From Candidatus Aenigmatarchaeota archaeon (GTDB lineage: Archaea > Aenigmatarchaeota > Aenigmatarchaeia > CG10238-14 > SCSR01), in assembly GCA_038998625.1 (NCBI GenBank), contig JAWADS010000001.1, positions 9,222 to 73,221 of the forward strand: a DNA stretch of 64,000 nucleotides, in the 5' to 3' direction. Numbering within the stretch: position 1 is the first letter of the stretch; every line of letters starts with the position of its first letter. The notes under the pieces were generated by a model. That model was not told the DNA's origin. It saw only the letters and a program-made list of their open reading frames with translations, and did not search any database. Position numbers and translations under genes: made by a program. This document shows, one piece after another, positions 1 through 10,795 of the stretch.

Positions 1-2
1 TT

Positions 3-1025
3 TTGTTAAAGAATAAAGTGTCTTTAGAAGAAATTGTTGCTGAAATTGAGTTAAAATCGAATTTGTCTAAAGAAGAAATTTTAGATAAAATTAATAAAAA
101 ATACGAGGAACTTTCTGGATTAATTACAAAAGAAGGTGCTGCTTATATAGTTGCTAGGGAGCTTAATGTTGATTTAGCTGTTGAGAAAAAAAGGAGATTG
201 CAAGCGAAAAACATTTTTCCAGGGATGAAAAACATAAATTTTGTCGGTAGAGTTTTCAAGATTTCTCCTATAAATGAATTTTTAAGACAAGGTGGAAGTA
301 AAGGTAAAGTATGCAATCTTTTTATTGGGGACGAAACCGGATTTGTCAAGCTACCATTATGGAATGATCAAGTAAAAATTTTAGAGGATAGGCTAATTCA
401 AGTAGGGGATTTGATTCAAATAACCAATGGAATAGCTAGGGAAAATGTTTATGGTGATTTAGAAATTGTTCTAGGAAGATTTGGTCATATACATGCTATA
501 GAAAATTCCGAAGAATTTCCTTCAGCTGAAGAGCTTAATAACAAGTTTTTTTCCATTCCAAATAAAAGAATTTTTATAAAAGATGTTAAAGAGGGCTATA
601 ATTTAATTATCGGAACTATTGTTCATCTATTCAAAAGCAAGTTTATTTTTGAGGTTTGTTCGATATGTGGTTCGCCTTTATCTAAAAAGAGATGCTCAGT
701 TCATGGCGGTGCGGAGGCAAATCAAGCTTTAATGATTTCAGGAATAATAGACGATGGCACAGAAAACTTAAGATTTGTTTTGTTCAGGGAATTGGCTGAG
801 AAATTGCTGGGATCGAAGGTAACAGAATTTTTGGAAATAGAAGAGGGCAAGCGATATGAATTTGTAAAAGGTAAAATATTAGGAAAGGAAGTAGAATTTC
901 TTGGTAGGGTTAAAAAATCCAATATAACGAATGATTGGGAAATGATAGTTAGCGAGGTAAAAGATTTAAATGCTCTGGAAGAGAGTAAGAAATTAGTTGA
1001 AGAGTTAGAATTAATATTAAGGTGA
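3..1025 (+). CDS. RPA-like single-stranded DNA-binding protein (OB fold plus C4 zinc ribbon); N-terminus may be cut by window edge
   Basis: ORF starts at window edge; OB-fold-like region followed by [18 protein letters not shown] zinc-ribbon motif typical of archaeal RPA; sits just upstream of radA. Confidence 0.55.
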   Translation: MLKNKVSLEEIVAEIELKSNLSKEEILDKINKKYEELSGLITKEGAAYIVARELNVDLAVEKKRRLQAKNIFPGMKNINFVGRVFKISPINEFLRQGGSKGKVCNLFIGDETGFVKLPLWNDQVKILEDRLIQVGDLIQITNGIARENVYGDLEIVLGRFGHIHAIENSEEFPSAEELNNKFFSIPNKRIFIKDVKEGYNLIIGTIVHLFKSKFIFEVCSICGSPLSKKRCSVHGGAEANQALMISGIIDDGTENLRFVLFRELAEKLLGSKVTEFLEIEEGKRYEFVKGKILGKEVEFLGRVKKSNITNDWEMIVSEVKDLNALEESKKLVEELELILR

Positions 1026-1029
1026 CAAT

Positions 1030-1977
1030 TTGGTCAAAAAAGAGATAAAATTGGAAGATATTCCCGGGGTAGGAAGTAAAATTGCTGAGAAATTAAGAAG
1101 TGTTGGCTTTTCTGATCCTATGACTATAGCAGTATCTTCCCCTGCGGACTTGGCTGTTATTGCCGAAATAGGTGAAGGTCAGGCCGCTAAAATAATTGCT
1201 AGTGTTAGGGAAATGTTAGAGATAGGTTTTGAAACCGCTGATAAGGTAATGGAAAGGAGGCAAAAAATAGCGAAAATAACTACGGGTAGTAAAAATTTAG
1301 ATAATCTTTTAGGGGGAGGAGTTGAAACCCAAAGTATAACAGAGGCATATGGTCCTTTTGGTTCAGGAAAAACACAACTAGGTTTCCAACTTTCAGTTAA
1401 TGTTCAACTTCCTCCAGAAAAAGGTGGTTTAGATGGAGCATGTGCTTTTATAGATACAGAAAATACTTTTAGGCCTGAGAGAATAATCCAAATAGCGAAA
1501 AAATTAAAACTAGATCCAGAAAAAGTTTTAAAGAATATTTTTGTCACAAGGGCCTACAATTCTGAGCACCAAATGTTAATAGTCGAAAAACTACATGATT
1601 TGATAAAAGAAAAAAATGTTAGATTAATTGTTATCGACTCCTTAACTTCTCATTTTCGAGCTGACTTTGTGGGAAGAGGTGAGCTAGCTGAAAGGCAACA
1701 AAAACTCAATAAACATTTACATACTCTTCAAAGATTAGCTGATGCATATAATTTAGCAGTATATGTAACAAATCAAGTATTGGCAGACCCTTCAGTTCTT
1801 TTTGGAGATCCCATAAGGGCTGTAGGAGGACATGTTTTGGCCCACATGTCTGGAGTAAGGATTTACCTGAGAAGAGGTAGAGATGGATTAAGAGTTGCTA
1901 GAATGATTGACGCTCCCCATTTAGTAGAAGGAGAATGTGTTTTCAAGATTACTGATGCAGGAATAACTGATGCTTAA
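1030..1977 (+). CDS. radA: DNA repair and recombination protein RadA
   Basis: N-terminal HhH region; Walker [10 protein letters not shown]; Walker B-like [13 protein letters not shown]; full-length similarity to archaeal RadA/Rad51. Confidence 0.9.
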   Translation: MVKKEIKLEDIPGVGSKIAEKLRSVGFSDPMTIAVSSPADLAVIAEIGEGQAAKIIASVREMLEIGFETADKVMERRQKIAKITTGSKNLDNLLGGGVETQSITEAYGPFGSGKTQLGFQLSVNVQLPPEKGGLDGACAFIDTENTFRPERIIQIAKKLKLDPEKVLKNIFVTRAYNSEHQMLIVEKLHDLIKEKNVRLIVIDSLTSHFRADFVGRGELAERQQKLNKHLHTLQRLADAYNLAVYVTNQVLADPSVLFGDPIRAVGGHVLAHMSGVRIYLRRGRDGLRVARMIDAPHLVEGECVFKITDAGITDA

Positions 1978-2004
1978 ATTATTTTTTACCAATAAAATTC
2001 AGTT

Positions 2005-2640
2005 ATGGAGATAATTTATAGGGGAGCAGAGAGTATAATTTATCTTGATGATTTTGAGGGACAAAGAGTAGTTGTAAAGGAGAGAATAAAGAAGAGTTAT
2101 AGAATAAAACAAATTGATGAAAAGTTAAGAAAGTTAAGAACACGGAAGGAAGCTAAACTTTTAACTGAAGCTAGAAAATGTAATGTTGCTACGCCAAAAA
2201 TTCTTGATGTAGATGAAAAAAATCATAAAATTATTATGGAGTTTATCGATGGAATGAGAATTAAAGAATTTCTAGAAAATTATTCGGAAAAAGATATAAA
2301 AGATATAAAAACAATTTTCGTTGAGATTGGCAAAAGTATAGGTAAACTACATTCAAATAAAATAATTCATGGAGATATCACAACTTCAAACATGATATTA
2401 AGAGATTCAAAAATTTATTTCATTGATTTTGGGTTGGGGGAATTTTCTAATCGAATTGAGGACATGGCTGTTGATTTAAACTTGCTTTATGAAGCCCTAC
2501 GCGCAACTCATTATAAAATTTTAGATTTTGCTTGGCAATTTATAATAAAAGGATATAAGGAAGAATATAAAGATGCAGAAAAGGTTTTGAAACAAATGGA
2601 AGAAATAGAAAAAAGAGCAAGATATATGGAAAGAAGTTAA
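2005..2640 (+). CDS. Bud32/Kae1-associated serine/threonine kinase (KEOPS subunit)
   Basis: About 210 aa; N-terminal RGAESIIY...VVKERIKKSYR and HGDITTSNMI catalytic-loop motif typical of archaeal Bud32. Confidence 0.65.
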   Translation: MEIIYRGAESIIYLDDFEGQRVVVKERIKKSYRIKQIDEKLRKLRTRKEAKLLTEARKCNVATPKILDVDEKNHKIIMEFIDGMRIKEFLENYSEKDIKDIKTIFVEIGKSIGKLHSNKIIHGDITTSNMILRDSKIYFIDFGLGEFSNRIEDMAVDLNLLYEALRATHYKILDFAWQFIIKGYKEEYKDAEKVLKQMEEIEKRARYMERS

Positions 2641-2679
2641 AATTTAAATTAGTTCAATTTCATTTCAATTTGTGGTATT

Positions 2680-2916
2680 ATGAAGGGGATAAAACTTCCA
2701 AGTCTGAAAGGAAAAGATAAATATGAAACATGGGAAAATTACACAATTCTATTTATTCTTGTAGGGGCAGTTATATTATCTTCAGGTATTGGCCTTACCG
2801 CTATTTCTCAAAAAGGAGTACCAGCTATATTGGCAATATTTGGCTCTTTCATAACCTTTATTTCTACTATTGTTTTAATCCTAATATGGTTGGTAAAAAG
2901 TTTTAAGGGTGAGTAG
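2680..2916 (+). CDS. small membrane protein (2 TM), hypothetical
   Basis: 78-aa ORF with two hydrophobic helices; stop directly abuts the rps15 start. Confidence 0.3.
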   Translation: MKGIKLPSLKGKDKYETWENYTILFILVGAVILSSGIGLTAISQKGVPAILAIFGSFITFISTIVLILIWLVKSFKGE

Positions 2917-3378
2917 ATGGCCCGCATGTATTCTAGAAAGCATGGTAGGCATGGTAGTAAGAGACCTCCAATAAAAATTGTGCCAAAGTGGCTTAAAATT
3001 TCAAAAAAAGAAGTGGAGGATTTAGTTGTAAAGCTTGCTAAGGAAAAATATAGCTCTGCAGTTATAGGTCAAATTTTAAGGGATAGATATGGAATACCTG
3101 ATGTGAAAACTATAACAGGCAAATCCATAACACAAATAATGAGGGAAAATAATCTTTATCCAGAATTTCCAGAAGATTTAATGAATTTATTTAAAAAGGC
3201 AGTGAGACTTAAGGAACACTTATCTAGGCATAAAAAAGACAAAACCTCTAAAAAAGGTTTTGAAAATTTGGAGTCTAAGATTCGTAGATTAATTAAATAC
3301 TACACTAGGGAAGGAAAGCTGCCAAAGAATTTTGTCTATGATATAGAGAAAATAAAATTAATGCTTCAAAAGGGATGA
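2917..3378 (+). CDS. rps15: 30S ribosomal protein uS15 (S15P/S13e)
   Basis: MARMYSRKHGRHGSKRPP N-terminus and overall match to archaeal S15P/S13e. Confidence 0.85.
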   Translation: MARMYSRKHGRHGSKRPPIKIVPKWLKISKKEVEDLVVKLAKEKYSSAVIGQILRDRYGIPDVKTITGKSITQIMRENNLYPEFPEDLMNLFKKAVRLKEHLSRHKKDKTSKKGFENLESKIRRLIKYYTREGKLPKNFVYDIEKIKLMLQKG

Positions 3379-3381
3379 ATT

Positions 3382-4758
3382 TTGTTTTTGGATGAGATAT
3401 CAAGATTAGCTAAGATTACAAAATCCATTGTTAGAGAAAAAACTGTTAAGATTTTTTCCCATTATGATGCTGATGGCATAATAAGTGCATCTATTCTTTC
3501 AAAAATGTTTATTAGGGAAGGAATAAATTTTCAATTAAGAATTTTAAAACAATTAACAAAAGAATTTGTTGATGAAATTGTTGTCAATAAAAATGATTTT
3601 TTAATTTTTACTGATTTTGGAAGCGGTCAAATAAATCTATTGAAGAAATTTTTTGATATAACACAAGTTTTAATTATCGACCATCATCAGCCTATTAATT
3701 TTCATCATATAAATTTGTTTCATTTAAACCCTATTTTATTCAATGATGAAGAAGTTCCATCATCAATAATAAGTTATTTATTTGCTAAGTTTTTCGATAA
3801 GAGAAATATAGATTTGGTAGATTTAGCTGTAGTTGGTGCTATAGCTGATGAACATGAAAATGATTTGGAAATGAAAAGTTTTACAAAAAAAGTTTTTGAT
3901 GAGGCTGAAGCTATTGGTAAGCTTTCTATAACAAAGGGTTTAAGATTTTATGGAAGAAATAGACCTATACACAAATCTTTAGCCTTATCTTTCGATCCCT
4001 TTATTCCAGACATTTCTGGTTCTGAATCGCAAGCAGTGCAATTTTTATCAGAGATTAACATTCCCATTTTGAATGGAAGCGAAGTCAGAACTTTGAAAGA
4101 TCTAACACTAGAAGAGCAACAAAGGCTTGCGAGTGCCATAATTTCTGAAAGGATGAAGTTGGAGGAAAACGTGGAAGATATTTTTGGTAATATATATACT
4201 TTGATTGGTAAGCCTGAAGAAATACAAGATGCAAGAGAATTTGGAACTCTAATTAATGCTTGTGGTAGAACAGGAAATTTTTTAGTAGCTTTTAAATTGT
4301 GTTTGGGAGAGTATTCATCTTTAGAAGAGTGTTTTGAGATTCTTGATAAATATAGAAAAATGATTAGTGATGCTTTGAATCTCTTAAAGGAAGAAAAGGA
4401 GATTGTAATAGAAACTGATTATGCTAAGTTTATATTCGGAGAAACAAAAATCCCCGATACTATTATAGGAACTATTACATCCATTATTATCAATTCAAAT
4501 TTATTTGGATTAGAAAAACCTATTTTTGGTTTTGCTGATACAACAAATAATATGGTTAAAGTTTCAGCCAGAGCGCCAAAAATAATGGAAAATTTGAATT
4601 TGGGGAATATTTTAAGAAAAGCTGCACAATATGTTAATGGTGAAGCTGGGGGCCATATAAAAGCAGCAGGGGCCTTAATACCAAAAGAAAATCAAGAAAA
4701 ATTTATTCATATCATTAATACTTTGCTGGGTGAAGCATTTGGTGATAAAAAAGGCTAA
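3382..4758 (+). CDS. DHH-family phosphoesterase, RecJ-like/GAN (Cdc45-like) nuclease
   Basis: HYDADGIISA (DHH motif I), IIDHHQP (DHH motif), C-terminal DHHA1-like GGHIKAAGA. Confidence 0.7.
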   Translation: MFLDEISRLAKITKSIVREKTVKIFSHYDADGIISASILSKMFIREGINFQLRILKQLTKEFVDEIVVNKNDFLIFTDFGSGQINLLKKFFDITQVLIIDHHQPINFHHINLFHLNPILFNDEEVPSSIISYLFAKFFDKRNIDLVDLAVVGAIADEHENDLEMKSFTKKVFDEAEAIGKLSITKGLRFYGRNRPIHKSLALSFDPFIPDISGSESQAVQFLSEINIPILNGSEVRTLKDLTLEEQQRLASAIISERMKLEENVEDIFGNIYTLIGKPEEIQDAREFGTLINACGRTGNFLVAFKLCLGEYSSLEECFEILDKYRKMISDALNLLKEEKEIVIETDYAKFIFGETKIPDTIIGTITSIIINSNLFGLEKPIFGFADTTNNMVKVSARAPKIMENLNLGNILRKAAQYVNGEAGGHIKAAGALIPKENQEKFIHIINTLLGEAFGDKKG

Positions 4759-5296
4759 AGCCAAAGAATGGTTCACAATTATTTCTCCAGATTTTTTTGG
4801 AAGGAAAGAAATAGGCAAAACTCTAAGTTCTGATCCGCAGTTGTTAATAGGGAGGAGGATTAGTGTAAGTGCTGTGGAGCTAACTAATGATATAAACAAG
4901 TATTACATAAAATTAATTTTTAAAATTACTCAAGTAGATGGTAAAACTGCTTTAACAGAATTTGATGGGTCAGAGTGCTTACGAGACTATATTTCTAGAA
5001 TGGTGGTGAGAAGAGTTAGAAGAGTTGATACAATCCAAGACTTAATCACAAAAGATGGAAAAAAAATAAGGGTGAAAGGCATTGCTATTATACCCAGAAG
5101 GGTAAAGAGTAGCATTCAAAGAGCTATAGCTAATAAAATAAAGGAAATGATTTCAAATCTTGTTTCCAACACAACTTTACAAGATTTTGTTTTAAAAATG
5201 TTAAGCGATGAATTTAAAAATAGAGTAATACAAGAAGCAAGGAAAATTTATCCTGTTAGGCATTTCGAATTTAGGAAAATTGAAAGGCTTGGTTAA
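4730..5296 (+). CDS. rps3ae: 30S ribosomal protein eS1 (S3Ae)
   Basis: GTG start; KEWFTIISPDFFG...LIGRR motif characteristic of S3Ae; overlaps previous gene end. Confidence 0.85.
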   Translation: MKHLVIKKAKAKEWFTIISPDFFGRKEIGKTLSSDPQLLIGRRISVSAVELTNDINKYYIKLIFKITQVDGKTALTEFDGSECLRDYISRMVVRRVRRVDTIQDLITKDGKKIRVKGIAIIPRRVKSSIQRAIANKIKEMISNLVSNTTLQDFVLKMLSDEFKNRVIQEARKIYPVRHFEFRKIERLG

Positions 5297-6474
5297 AAAA
5301 TTTTAATGATATAAGGACCAACAATGGAGAATATTAAAAGGCCAACAACTAAAACAGAAACTAAAGAAACTATTAAGTTCTGATGTTTTTTACTAATTTT
5401 CTCAATTATTGATTTAAAAACATGCCCACCATCCAAAGGATAAATGGGTAAAATGTTTATAGTAGCTACAGCAAAACTTAATATCCACATCCAAGTCAAT
5501 AATGGAATTAAAAATTCAAAGAAAAATTTTTCATCCATCTTCACCACAGGCTTCAAAGTAACACCAACATAAGGTCTGGTTATATTGTTATGGCTAATCT
5601 CAATTGGTATTACGCTATAATTTTTTTCATTGACTGTTAGTACGATTTCTTCACCTGCTTTTATTTTTTCCAAATATTTTAAGAGGTAAGTTCCGCTTAG
5701 ATAATCATTATAAGTGACTTTTATTTTCTCCCCATTTATATGGGTTAAAGTTGAGTTGGCTGGAATACCTGCTTTATATGCCGGAGCCGTTTCATTTAAG
5801 CTGGTTATATAAAGTCCATCAGAAACGAAAAAAGGCCAAATAAAATTGGGTATTAGTCCAGTATTAAGAAAGGGTGTAAACAGCAACAAAGAAACTAAGA
5901 AATTGGCAAAACTTCCAGCAACAAAAATTCTTAATTTTTTAATGATTCTTAATTTTTTGACTTGGTTTTCATTTGGTTCCACAAAAGCACCAGGGAATAT
6001 AGCAAGCAAAAAAACTCCAAAAGATTTAATTTTAACTTTTTCAACCCTTGCCATTATTCCATGGAAAATTTCATGGGGTAGCATTATAACTGGAAGAATA
6101 ATTATCCAAATCCAAAATGGCAAGCCTATGAATCCTGGTCCTAAAATTGTAGTTTTAGTTGGTGATGGTAAAACTATTCCGCCCACTGGCCCTACAATTT
6201 CACCAAGAATTATTTTCCTAGAAAATTCAATTAAACTAATTAATCCAATGCTCATTAAAAATATTGCAACAAAAATTCCTAATGTCCCTACAATCTTCCA
6301 AAATTTAGGATATTTAGCTAATTCATCCAAAATTTTTATTCCTTTTTTTGTTTTGCGCATTATTAATAGGTATTTTATTTCTAGGTTTTTCCTGTCTATA
6401 TAAATAATTGCCGCTAAAATTAAAACAAAAATTATCACAGACCATGAATAGATATCAACGCTTTCGAAAGCCAT
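5293..6474 (-). CDS. site-2 protease (M50 zinc metalloprotease, RseP-like) with PDZ-like insert
   Basis: Polytopic membrane protein with HEIFHG (HExxH) in a TM segment and LDGG motif near C-terminus. Confidence 0.7.
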   Translation of the reverse strand: MAFESVDIYSWSVIIFVLILAAIIYIDRKNLEIKYLLIMRKTKKGIKILDELAKYPKFWKIVGTLGIFVAIFLMSIGLISLIEFSRKIILGEIVGPVGGIVLPSPTKTTILGPGFIGLPFWIWIIILPVIMLPHEIFHGIMARVEKVKIKSFGVFLLAIFPGAFVEPNENQVKKLRIIKKLRIFVAGSFANFLVSLLLFTPFLNTGLIPNFIWPFFVSDGLYITSLNETAPAYKAGIPANSTLTHINGEKIKVTYNDYLSGTYLLKYLEKIKAGEEIVLTVNEKNYSVIPIEISHNNITRPYVGVTLKPVVKMDEKFFFEFLIPLLTWMWILSFAVATINILPIYPLDGGHVFKSIIEKISKKHQNLIVSLVSVLVVGLLIFSIVGPYIIKIF

Positions 6475-6578
6475 ACATTAAAATTATTTTTATTTTTTAA
6501 AAATCATGCTCTTTTAATAATTCTAGAATATTGTTAAAAACTATAGTCAGATTCACATAATTTAATGCAACTTGAACT

Positions 6579-7343
6579 TCATTTTTCTACTTCAAAATCT
6601 ATACAAACCTTAAATTTTCTTGGAGCATATGGTAAAACAATATTTTTTTTAATAATTTTAAAATTTTTAATTTTTTTACTAATTTTTTTGATTGTTTCGT
6701 TAAAATCTTCTGAATCAATGGAATAAAAATGAATTATTCCTTTTTCTTTCAAACAATTTAAAGCCGAATCCAAAAATTTTTCGGCTTCTAATGGTAACGG
6801 CATTATTACTCTATCACAAATTTTAAAGAAATCCTTTGCCTTTTCCTTCACATCTCCAAGGACAGGTAAAACTAAATGGGAAATTTTATTTATCCTTATG
6901 TTTTCCTCCATATAATAAAAAGCATCTGGATTTATTTCAATTCCAATAATCTTTTTAACCTTAGGTTGTTTTTTTGCTATTGCTACAGCTTGTGCTCCAA
7001 TTCCTGCAAAAAATAACATAACAATTTCATTTTCTTTGACTTGAGAAGCAATTCTTTGTCTTTCTGTCGCTTCCCTAGGTGAAAAATAAACTTTTTTAGG
7101 ATCTAATCTAAGGAAATAACCATATTCTTTATGAACAACTTCAGTATTTTTTTCACCAGCAATTAATTTCAATTCCCAAAGTCTGTATTCCCCCTTTCTC
7201 TTTGACATTTTTTTCAAAACACTTTTAACATTTTTGTTTTTTGTCATAATTTCTTTAGCTATTTCTTTTTCGTCAACCCCTTCTGGAATTTCAACTATAG
7301 CTACAGCCTTTTCTTTCGAGCCAATTATATCAAAACCAGGCAT
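6579..7343 (-). CDS. class I SAM-dependent tRNA methyltransferase, Trm5/Taw2-like
   Basis: MLFFAGIGAQAV SAM-binding motif and IGIEINPDA; size and layout like archaeal Trm5/Taw2. Confidence 0.55.
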   Translation of the reverse strand: MPGFDIIGSKEKAVAIVEIPEGVDEKEIAKEIMTKNKNVKSVLKKMSKRKGEYRLWELKLIAGEKNTEVVHKEYGYFLRLDPKKVYFSPREATERQRIASQVKENEIVMLFFAGIGAQAVAIAKKQPKVKKIIGIEINPDAFYYMEENIRINKISHLVLPVLGDVKEKAKDFFKICDRVIMPLPLEAEKFLDSALNCLKEKGIIHFYSIDSEDFNETIKKISKKIKNFKIIKKNIVLPYAPRKFKVCIDFEVEK

Positions 7344-7405
7344 GGCATCACCTTACAAGAATTGCAATAATTGTTTTGTCATCATTGTATGATTGAGGTT
7401 TTTCG

Positions 7406-7777
7406 TTAATGAGATACTGTTAATTTTTTTATTTTATTTTCTTCTATTAAAAAGAGGGAGCTATCGCCAATATGCGCCATTTCTAAATTATTATTTTTAA
7501 TATTTACTGCAGTCAAAGTTGTATAACCAATTTTTGGGTTTTTCTTTTTTTCTTCTATAATTTTTATATTGGTTTTTTTAATTGCTTCATGCAAGTTGTT
7601 TTTAAAAAATTTATTAAGATAATTTAAAGATTTGATGGCCGCTTCTCTTCCTCCAGGGGGATTTGATACTCCGTCTGCTACAGCAAACAAATTTTTTCTT
7701 TTATTTATTAAGAAAGCATCTTCATTTTCTTTATGGTCTTTTCCTTTAACTGATTTACCGTAAATTTGAAGTTTCAA
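7406..7777 (-). CDS. PP2C-family protein phosphatase-like, short or truncated
   Basis: AFLINKRKNLFAVADGVSNPPGG matches PP2C motif 1-2 (xxD...FxVxDG); only 123 aa against about 240 aa expected. Confidence 0.4.
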   Translation of the reverse strand: MKLQIYGKSVKGKDHKENEDAFLINKRKNLFAVADGVSNPPGGREAAIKSLNYLNKFFKNNLHEAIKKTNIKIIEEKKKNPKIGYTTLTAVNIKNNNLEMAHIGDSSLFLIEENKIKKLTVSH

Positions 7778-7842
7778 AACAATCCCGGAAATATTTTGTT
7801 AATATTTATTTTTATTTTAAGATTAGGATATCTTAGATAGAT

Positions 7843-8598
7843 ATGTTAACCTTTATTGGTCTTGGCCTTTTCGATGAAAAAGATATTAGTTTGAGGTCTA
7901 TAGAGGAAGCAAAGAAAGCAGATAAAATTTACATCGAGCTTTATACTAGCAAATGGTTTGGTAGTTTAGAAAATTTGGAAAAAATTGTTGGCAAAAAAAT
8001 AATTGTTGCTAAGAGAAGTGATTTGGAAGAAAATTCTGAAAAAATTTTAGAAGAGGCAAAAAAATCAAAAATTATAATATTTGTTTTGGGCGATCCTTTA
8101 GTAGCCACTACCCACTCTTCTTTAATTTTAGAAGCAAGGAAAAGGGGTATAAAAACCAAAATAATTCATAATGCATCAATTATTTCAGCCATAGGTGAAA
8201 CTGGTTTACATTTACAAAAATTTGGTCCTTATGTTACTATTCCTTTTCCTGAAAGGACAAAAGGTAAATTGCCAGAGTCAATCTATGATGTAATTAAAAT
8301 GAATAAAATTAGAGGCTTGCATACCCTTTGTCTTTTAGATATAAATGAAAATAAAGTTATGAACCCAAAGGAAGCTATTAAAATTTTGTTGGATTTAGAA
8401 AATTTGAAAAAAGAAAATTTGATTACCAAAGATTCAAAAATTATAGTTTTATCTAAGGCAGGAAGCGATGACTCAAAAATTGTTTTTAACACAATAAAAA
8501 ACCTTCAAAGAATGGAAATAAATACCCCAGCAGTTTTAATTATTCCAGGAAAATTGCATTTTACTGAAGAAGAATTCCTCTCTTCGTTTAAAATATAA
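7843..8598 (+). CDS. dph5: diphthine synthase (Dph5)
   Basis: MLTFIGLGL N-terminus, tetrapyrrole-methylase fold motifs (VLGDPLVATTH), about 250 aa. Confidence 0.85.
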   Translation: MLTFIGLGLFDEKDISLRSIEEAKKADKIYIELYTSKWFGSLENLEKIVGKKIIVAKRSDLEENSEKILEEAKKSKIIIFVLGDPLVATTHSSLILEARKRGIKTKIIHNASIISAIGETGLHLQKFGPYVTIPFPERTKGKLPESIYDVIKMNKIRGLHTLCLLDINENKVMNPKEAIKILLDLENLKKENLITKDSKIIVLSKAGSDDSKIVFNTIKNLQRMEINTPAVLIIPGKLHFTEEEFLSSFKI

Positions 8599-8600
8599 AT

Positions 8601-9146
8601 TTATTCACTCCTCCTAATAACACTAGCAGCTATAATTATCAGTACAATAAAAATCAAAACGCCAGAAGCTATAACTATAACATCAGCTGGTGTACCTGCT
8701 GGTGTCCCTGGGGCAGGTGGTTTAGCAGGTGGTATAAAAACAGCAGTTAGCAAACCAGAAATAACAAAAAGTGTTATTCCTAAAGCTATCATGGCAAAAA
8801 GAACGCTCCTTGTGGTTAATCTTTCAATCAACAATTTCATTAATTCAGGATAGAATATGCTTGCAAGAATAAAACCCACAACAAAAATAATGACCCAAAT
8901 AGTTGCTTGAGTAAAGAAGGTTGATAGAGGAGTGGCTAAGCTTATACCAGAAATAACAGGAAATCCAAAAATCATAAAGGCTATGGATAGGGCCACTACA
9001 CCATTTACCACAGGCGACTCACCCAAAATTTTCGATTTTCGAAGCAGAGCGTACATTATGGTAGCTGTTATGATAAAAGGAAATAAGAAGTCATAAAATC
9101 CTAAAGAAATTAATTGTCTTACGACAATTTCAAAAGGCGAGGCCAT
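8601..9146 (-). CDS. polytopic membrane protein, paralog family member A (conserved LGFYDFLFPF N-terminal motif, Pro-rich linker)
   Basis: 4-5 TM; N-terminal motif shared with ORFs at 9194, 9732, 10311, 10796 and 12349. Confidence 0.5.
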   Translation of the reverse strand: MASPFEIVVRQLISLGFYDFLFPFIITATIMYALLRKSKILGESPVVNGVVALSIAFMIFGFPVISGISLATPLSTFFTQATIWVIIFVVGFILASIFYPELMKLLIERLTTRSVLFAMIALGITLFVISGLLTAVFIPPAKPPAPGTPAGTPADVIVIASGVLIFIVLIIIAASVIRRSE

Positions 9147-9193
9147 TTTTCTCTAAATTAAATTTGTTGTTCAAAAGATTTAATTAGTTTATA

Positions 9194-9724
9194 TTAAGTT
9201 TTTTCCTTAGGTTCTCTAACAGCATAAAAAATGATCCCGATAAAAAATAATATTACTAGTAAGCCAATAATTTGTTCCATATTTATCGACGGCCATCCTT
9301 CTGTTATACCAAATATAGCTAACCCACCGGATGTTATGAAAAGAATTAAAGCTGCGGCAACACCAAAAACTATCAGAATTGGTTGTAAATATTTAATTGT
9401 TATTTCTTCTTTTTGCTTTGTTGTTATAAGGGAAAGTGTTAAAATCGCGCCGAAAATTAGAATTGTTACTAATATTATGGCAGCCCCCCCGAAAAAGCTA
9501 GAAAAGAATCCAGCTAAAGTTATACCTACAGGGGAAAATATTAAGATGTAAAAAGCTGCAATGAAAGCTATGATGGCGTTAATTCTTTCTGCTTGTGCTG
9601 TTTCACCAAACAACTTTACTTTTTGAAGGATTCCGTAAAATAGGGCAAAGGTTAAGACAAAAGGTAAATACAAATCAAAAAAGCCAAAATTTCTCAAAGT
9701 CTCTATCACACTTTCAAGTACCAT
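9194..9724 (-). CDS. polytopic membrane protein, paralog family member B
   Basis: N-terminus VIETLRNFGFFDLYLPFVLTFALFYGILQKVKLFG parallels neighbours. Confidence 0.5.
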   Translation of the reverse strand: MVLESVIETLRNFGFFDLYLPFVLTFALFYGILQKVKLFGETAQAERINAIIAFIAAFYILIFSPVGITLAGFFSSFFGGAAIILVTILIFGAILTLSLITTKQKEEITIKYLQPILIVFGVAAALILFITSGGLAIFGITEGWPSINMEQIIGLLVILFFIGIIFYAVREPKEKT

Positions 9725-9731
9725 TCAACCA

Positions 9732-10280
9732 CTATTTCTTACCAGGAATTACTATGGCAGCAACTAAAACAACTAACAAAGCTATAGATATTATACCAAT
9801 AATAACATCTTGAGGCAGCTCTAATGATATGCCTTGTGGGAAGAAAGCCGAAGATAAGCCACTGGAGAAAAGAATACCAATTCCACCAAAAACAACAGCT
9901 ACAATTACAACACCAAACAATTTACCTCCTAGTTTTTCGCTAAAGAATTTTCCTACATTTTCAGGCAGAAAAGCTCCAGCTATAATTATGCTAACCGCAA
10001 CTGTTAGAACGGCCACTAAACTTTGGAACATAAAGGCAGCTAATTGCTTTTCTATGCTAACCCCAGCTAAGATAGGATAGCTAAAAACCATAAAAGCAGC
10101 TATCAGGGCTACTATTGCATTTACAGCAACGTTTTGTTCTGGTGGCCCAAAAATTTGAGATTTTCTTAACAAGCCGTAGAAAACAGCTGATGTGAGCATA
10201 AAGGGTAGCAAAAATTGGAAAGCTCCCAAATCTCTTAGTCTAAGTATAACTGTTTCAAGTGGCGATACAAATAATATCAT
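9732..10280 (-). CDS. polytopic membrane protein, paralog family member C
   Basis: N-terminus LRDLGAFQFLLPFMLTSAVFYGLLRKSQIFG parallels neighbours. Confidence 0.5.
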   Translation of the reverse strand: MILFVSPLETVILRLRDLGAFQFLLPFMLTSAVFYGLLRKSQIFGPPEQNVAVNAIVALIAAFMVFSYPILAGVSIEKQLAAFMFQSLVAVLTVAVSIIIAGAFLPENVGKFFSEKLGGKLFGVVIVAVVFGGIGILFSSGLSSAFFPQGISLELPQDVIIGIISIALLVVLVAAIVIPGKK

Positions 10281-10310
10281 AATTAGAATTTGGTAAAAAA
10301 ACGATATAAA

Positions 10311-10772
10311 CTATTTCTCCATTATGGTTTCTAATACTTTTATTTTTTCTTCAAGCTCTTTTTTCTCTTTTAGCAAATTTTCAACTTTTATCTTTTCCTC
10401 TTTTTTTACAGCTTCTTCTAACTCTTCTAATACTTTTGAATACCTTTCTCTCAGCATGTCTAATGTTGGTTTCTTTTCTATAATCTTACTTCTCTTATAC
10501 ACCTGAGCAGAAATACCAAGAATAAATAAGGACAGGAATGCAGTTATAGCAAAAAAAGCTCCTAGCTGAGTTATAAAACCGGCAAAAAATGTAAAAAGGG
10601 CTGTAGATGCAAAAAGTGTAGTAAAAGTTAATGCTAAAAATAGATTTATCCTTCTGTTAAAAATTTTCATTCTTTCAAAAATTCCATATGAAATGAGAAA
10701 AACTATGGCAAAAGGGATAAAAAAATTAAATAAAAAATCCCTGAATTCTAAGCCTAAAATTTCCAAAGCCAT
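10311..10772 (-). CDS. membrane protein, paralog family member D with C-terminal coiled coil
   Basis: N-terminus LGLEFRDFLFNFFIPFAIVFLISYGIFERMKIF; C-terminal EELEEAVKKEEKIK heptads. Confidence 0.45.
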   Translation of the reverse strand: MALEILGLEFRDFLFNFFIPFAIVFLISYGIFERMKIFNRRINLFLALTFTTLFASTALFTFFAGFITQLGAFFAITAFLSLFILGISAQVYKRSKIIEKKPTLDMLRERYSKVLEELEEAVKKEEKIKVENLLKEKKELEEKIKVLETIMEK

Positions 10773-10795
10773 TATTAAAATTTGTTTTTTTTTCT

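Noticed and set aside
9231-10080. Plus-strand ORFs 9231-9551, 9595-9813, 9829-10080
   Set aside because: Antisense to the membrane-protein paralogs; translations are low-complexity or hydrophobic mirror images
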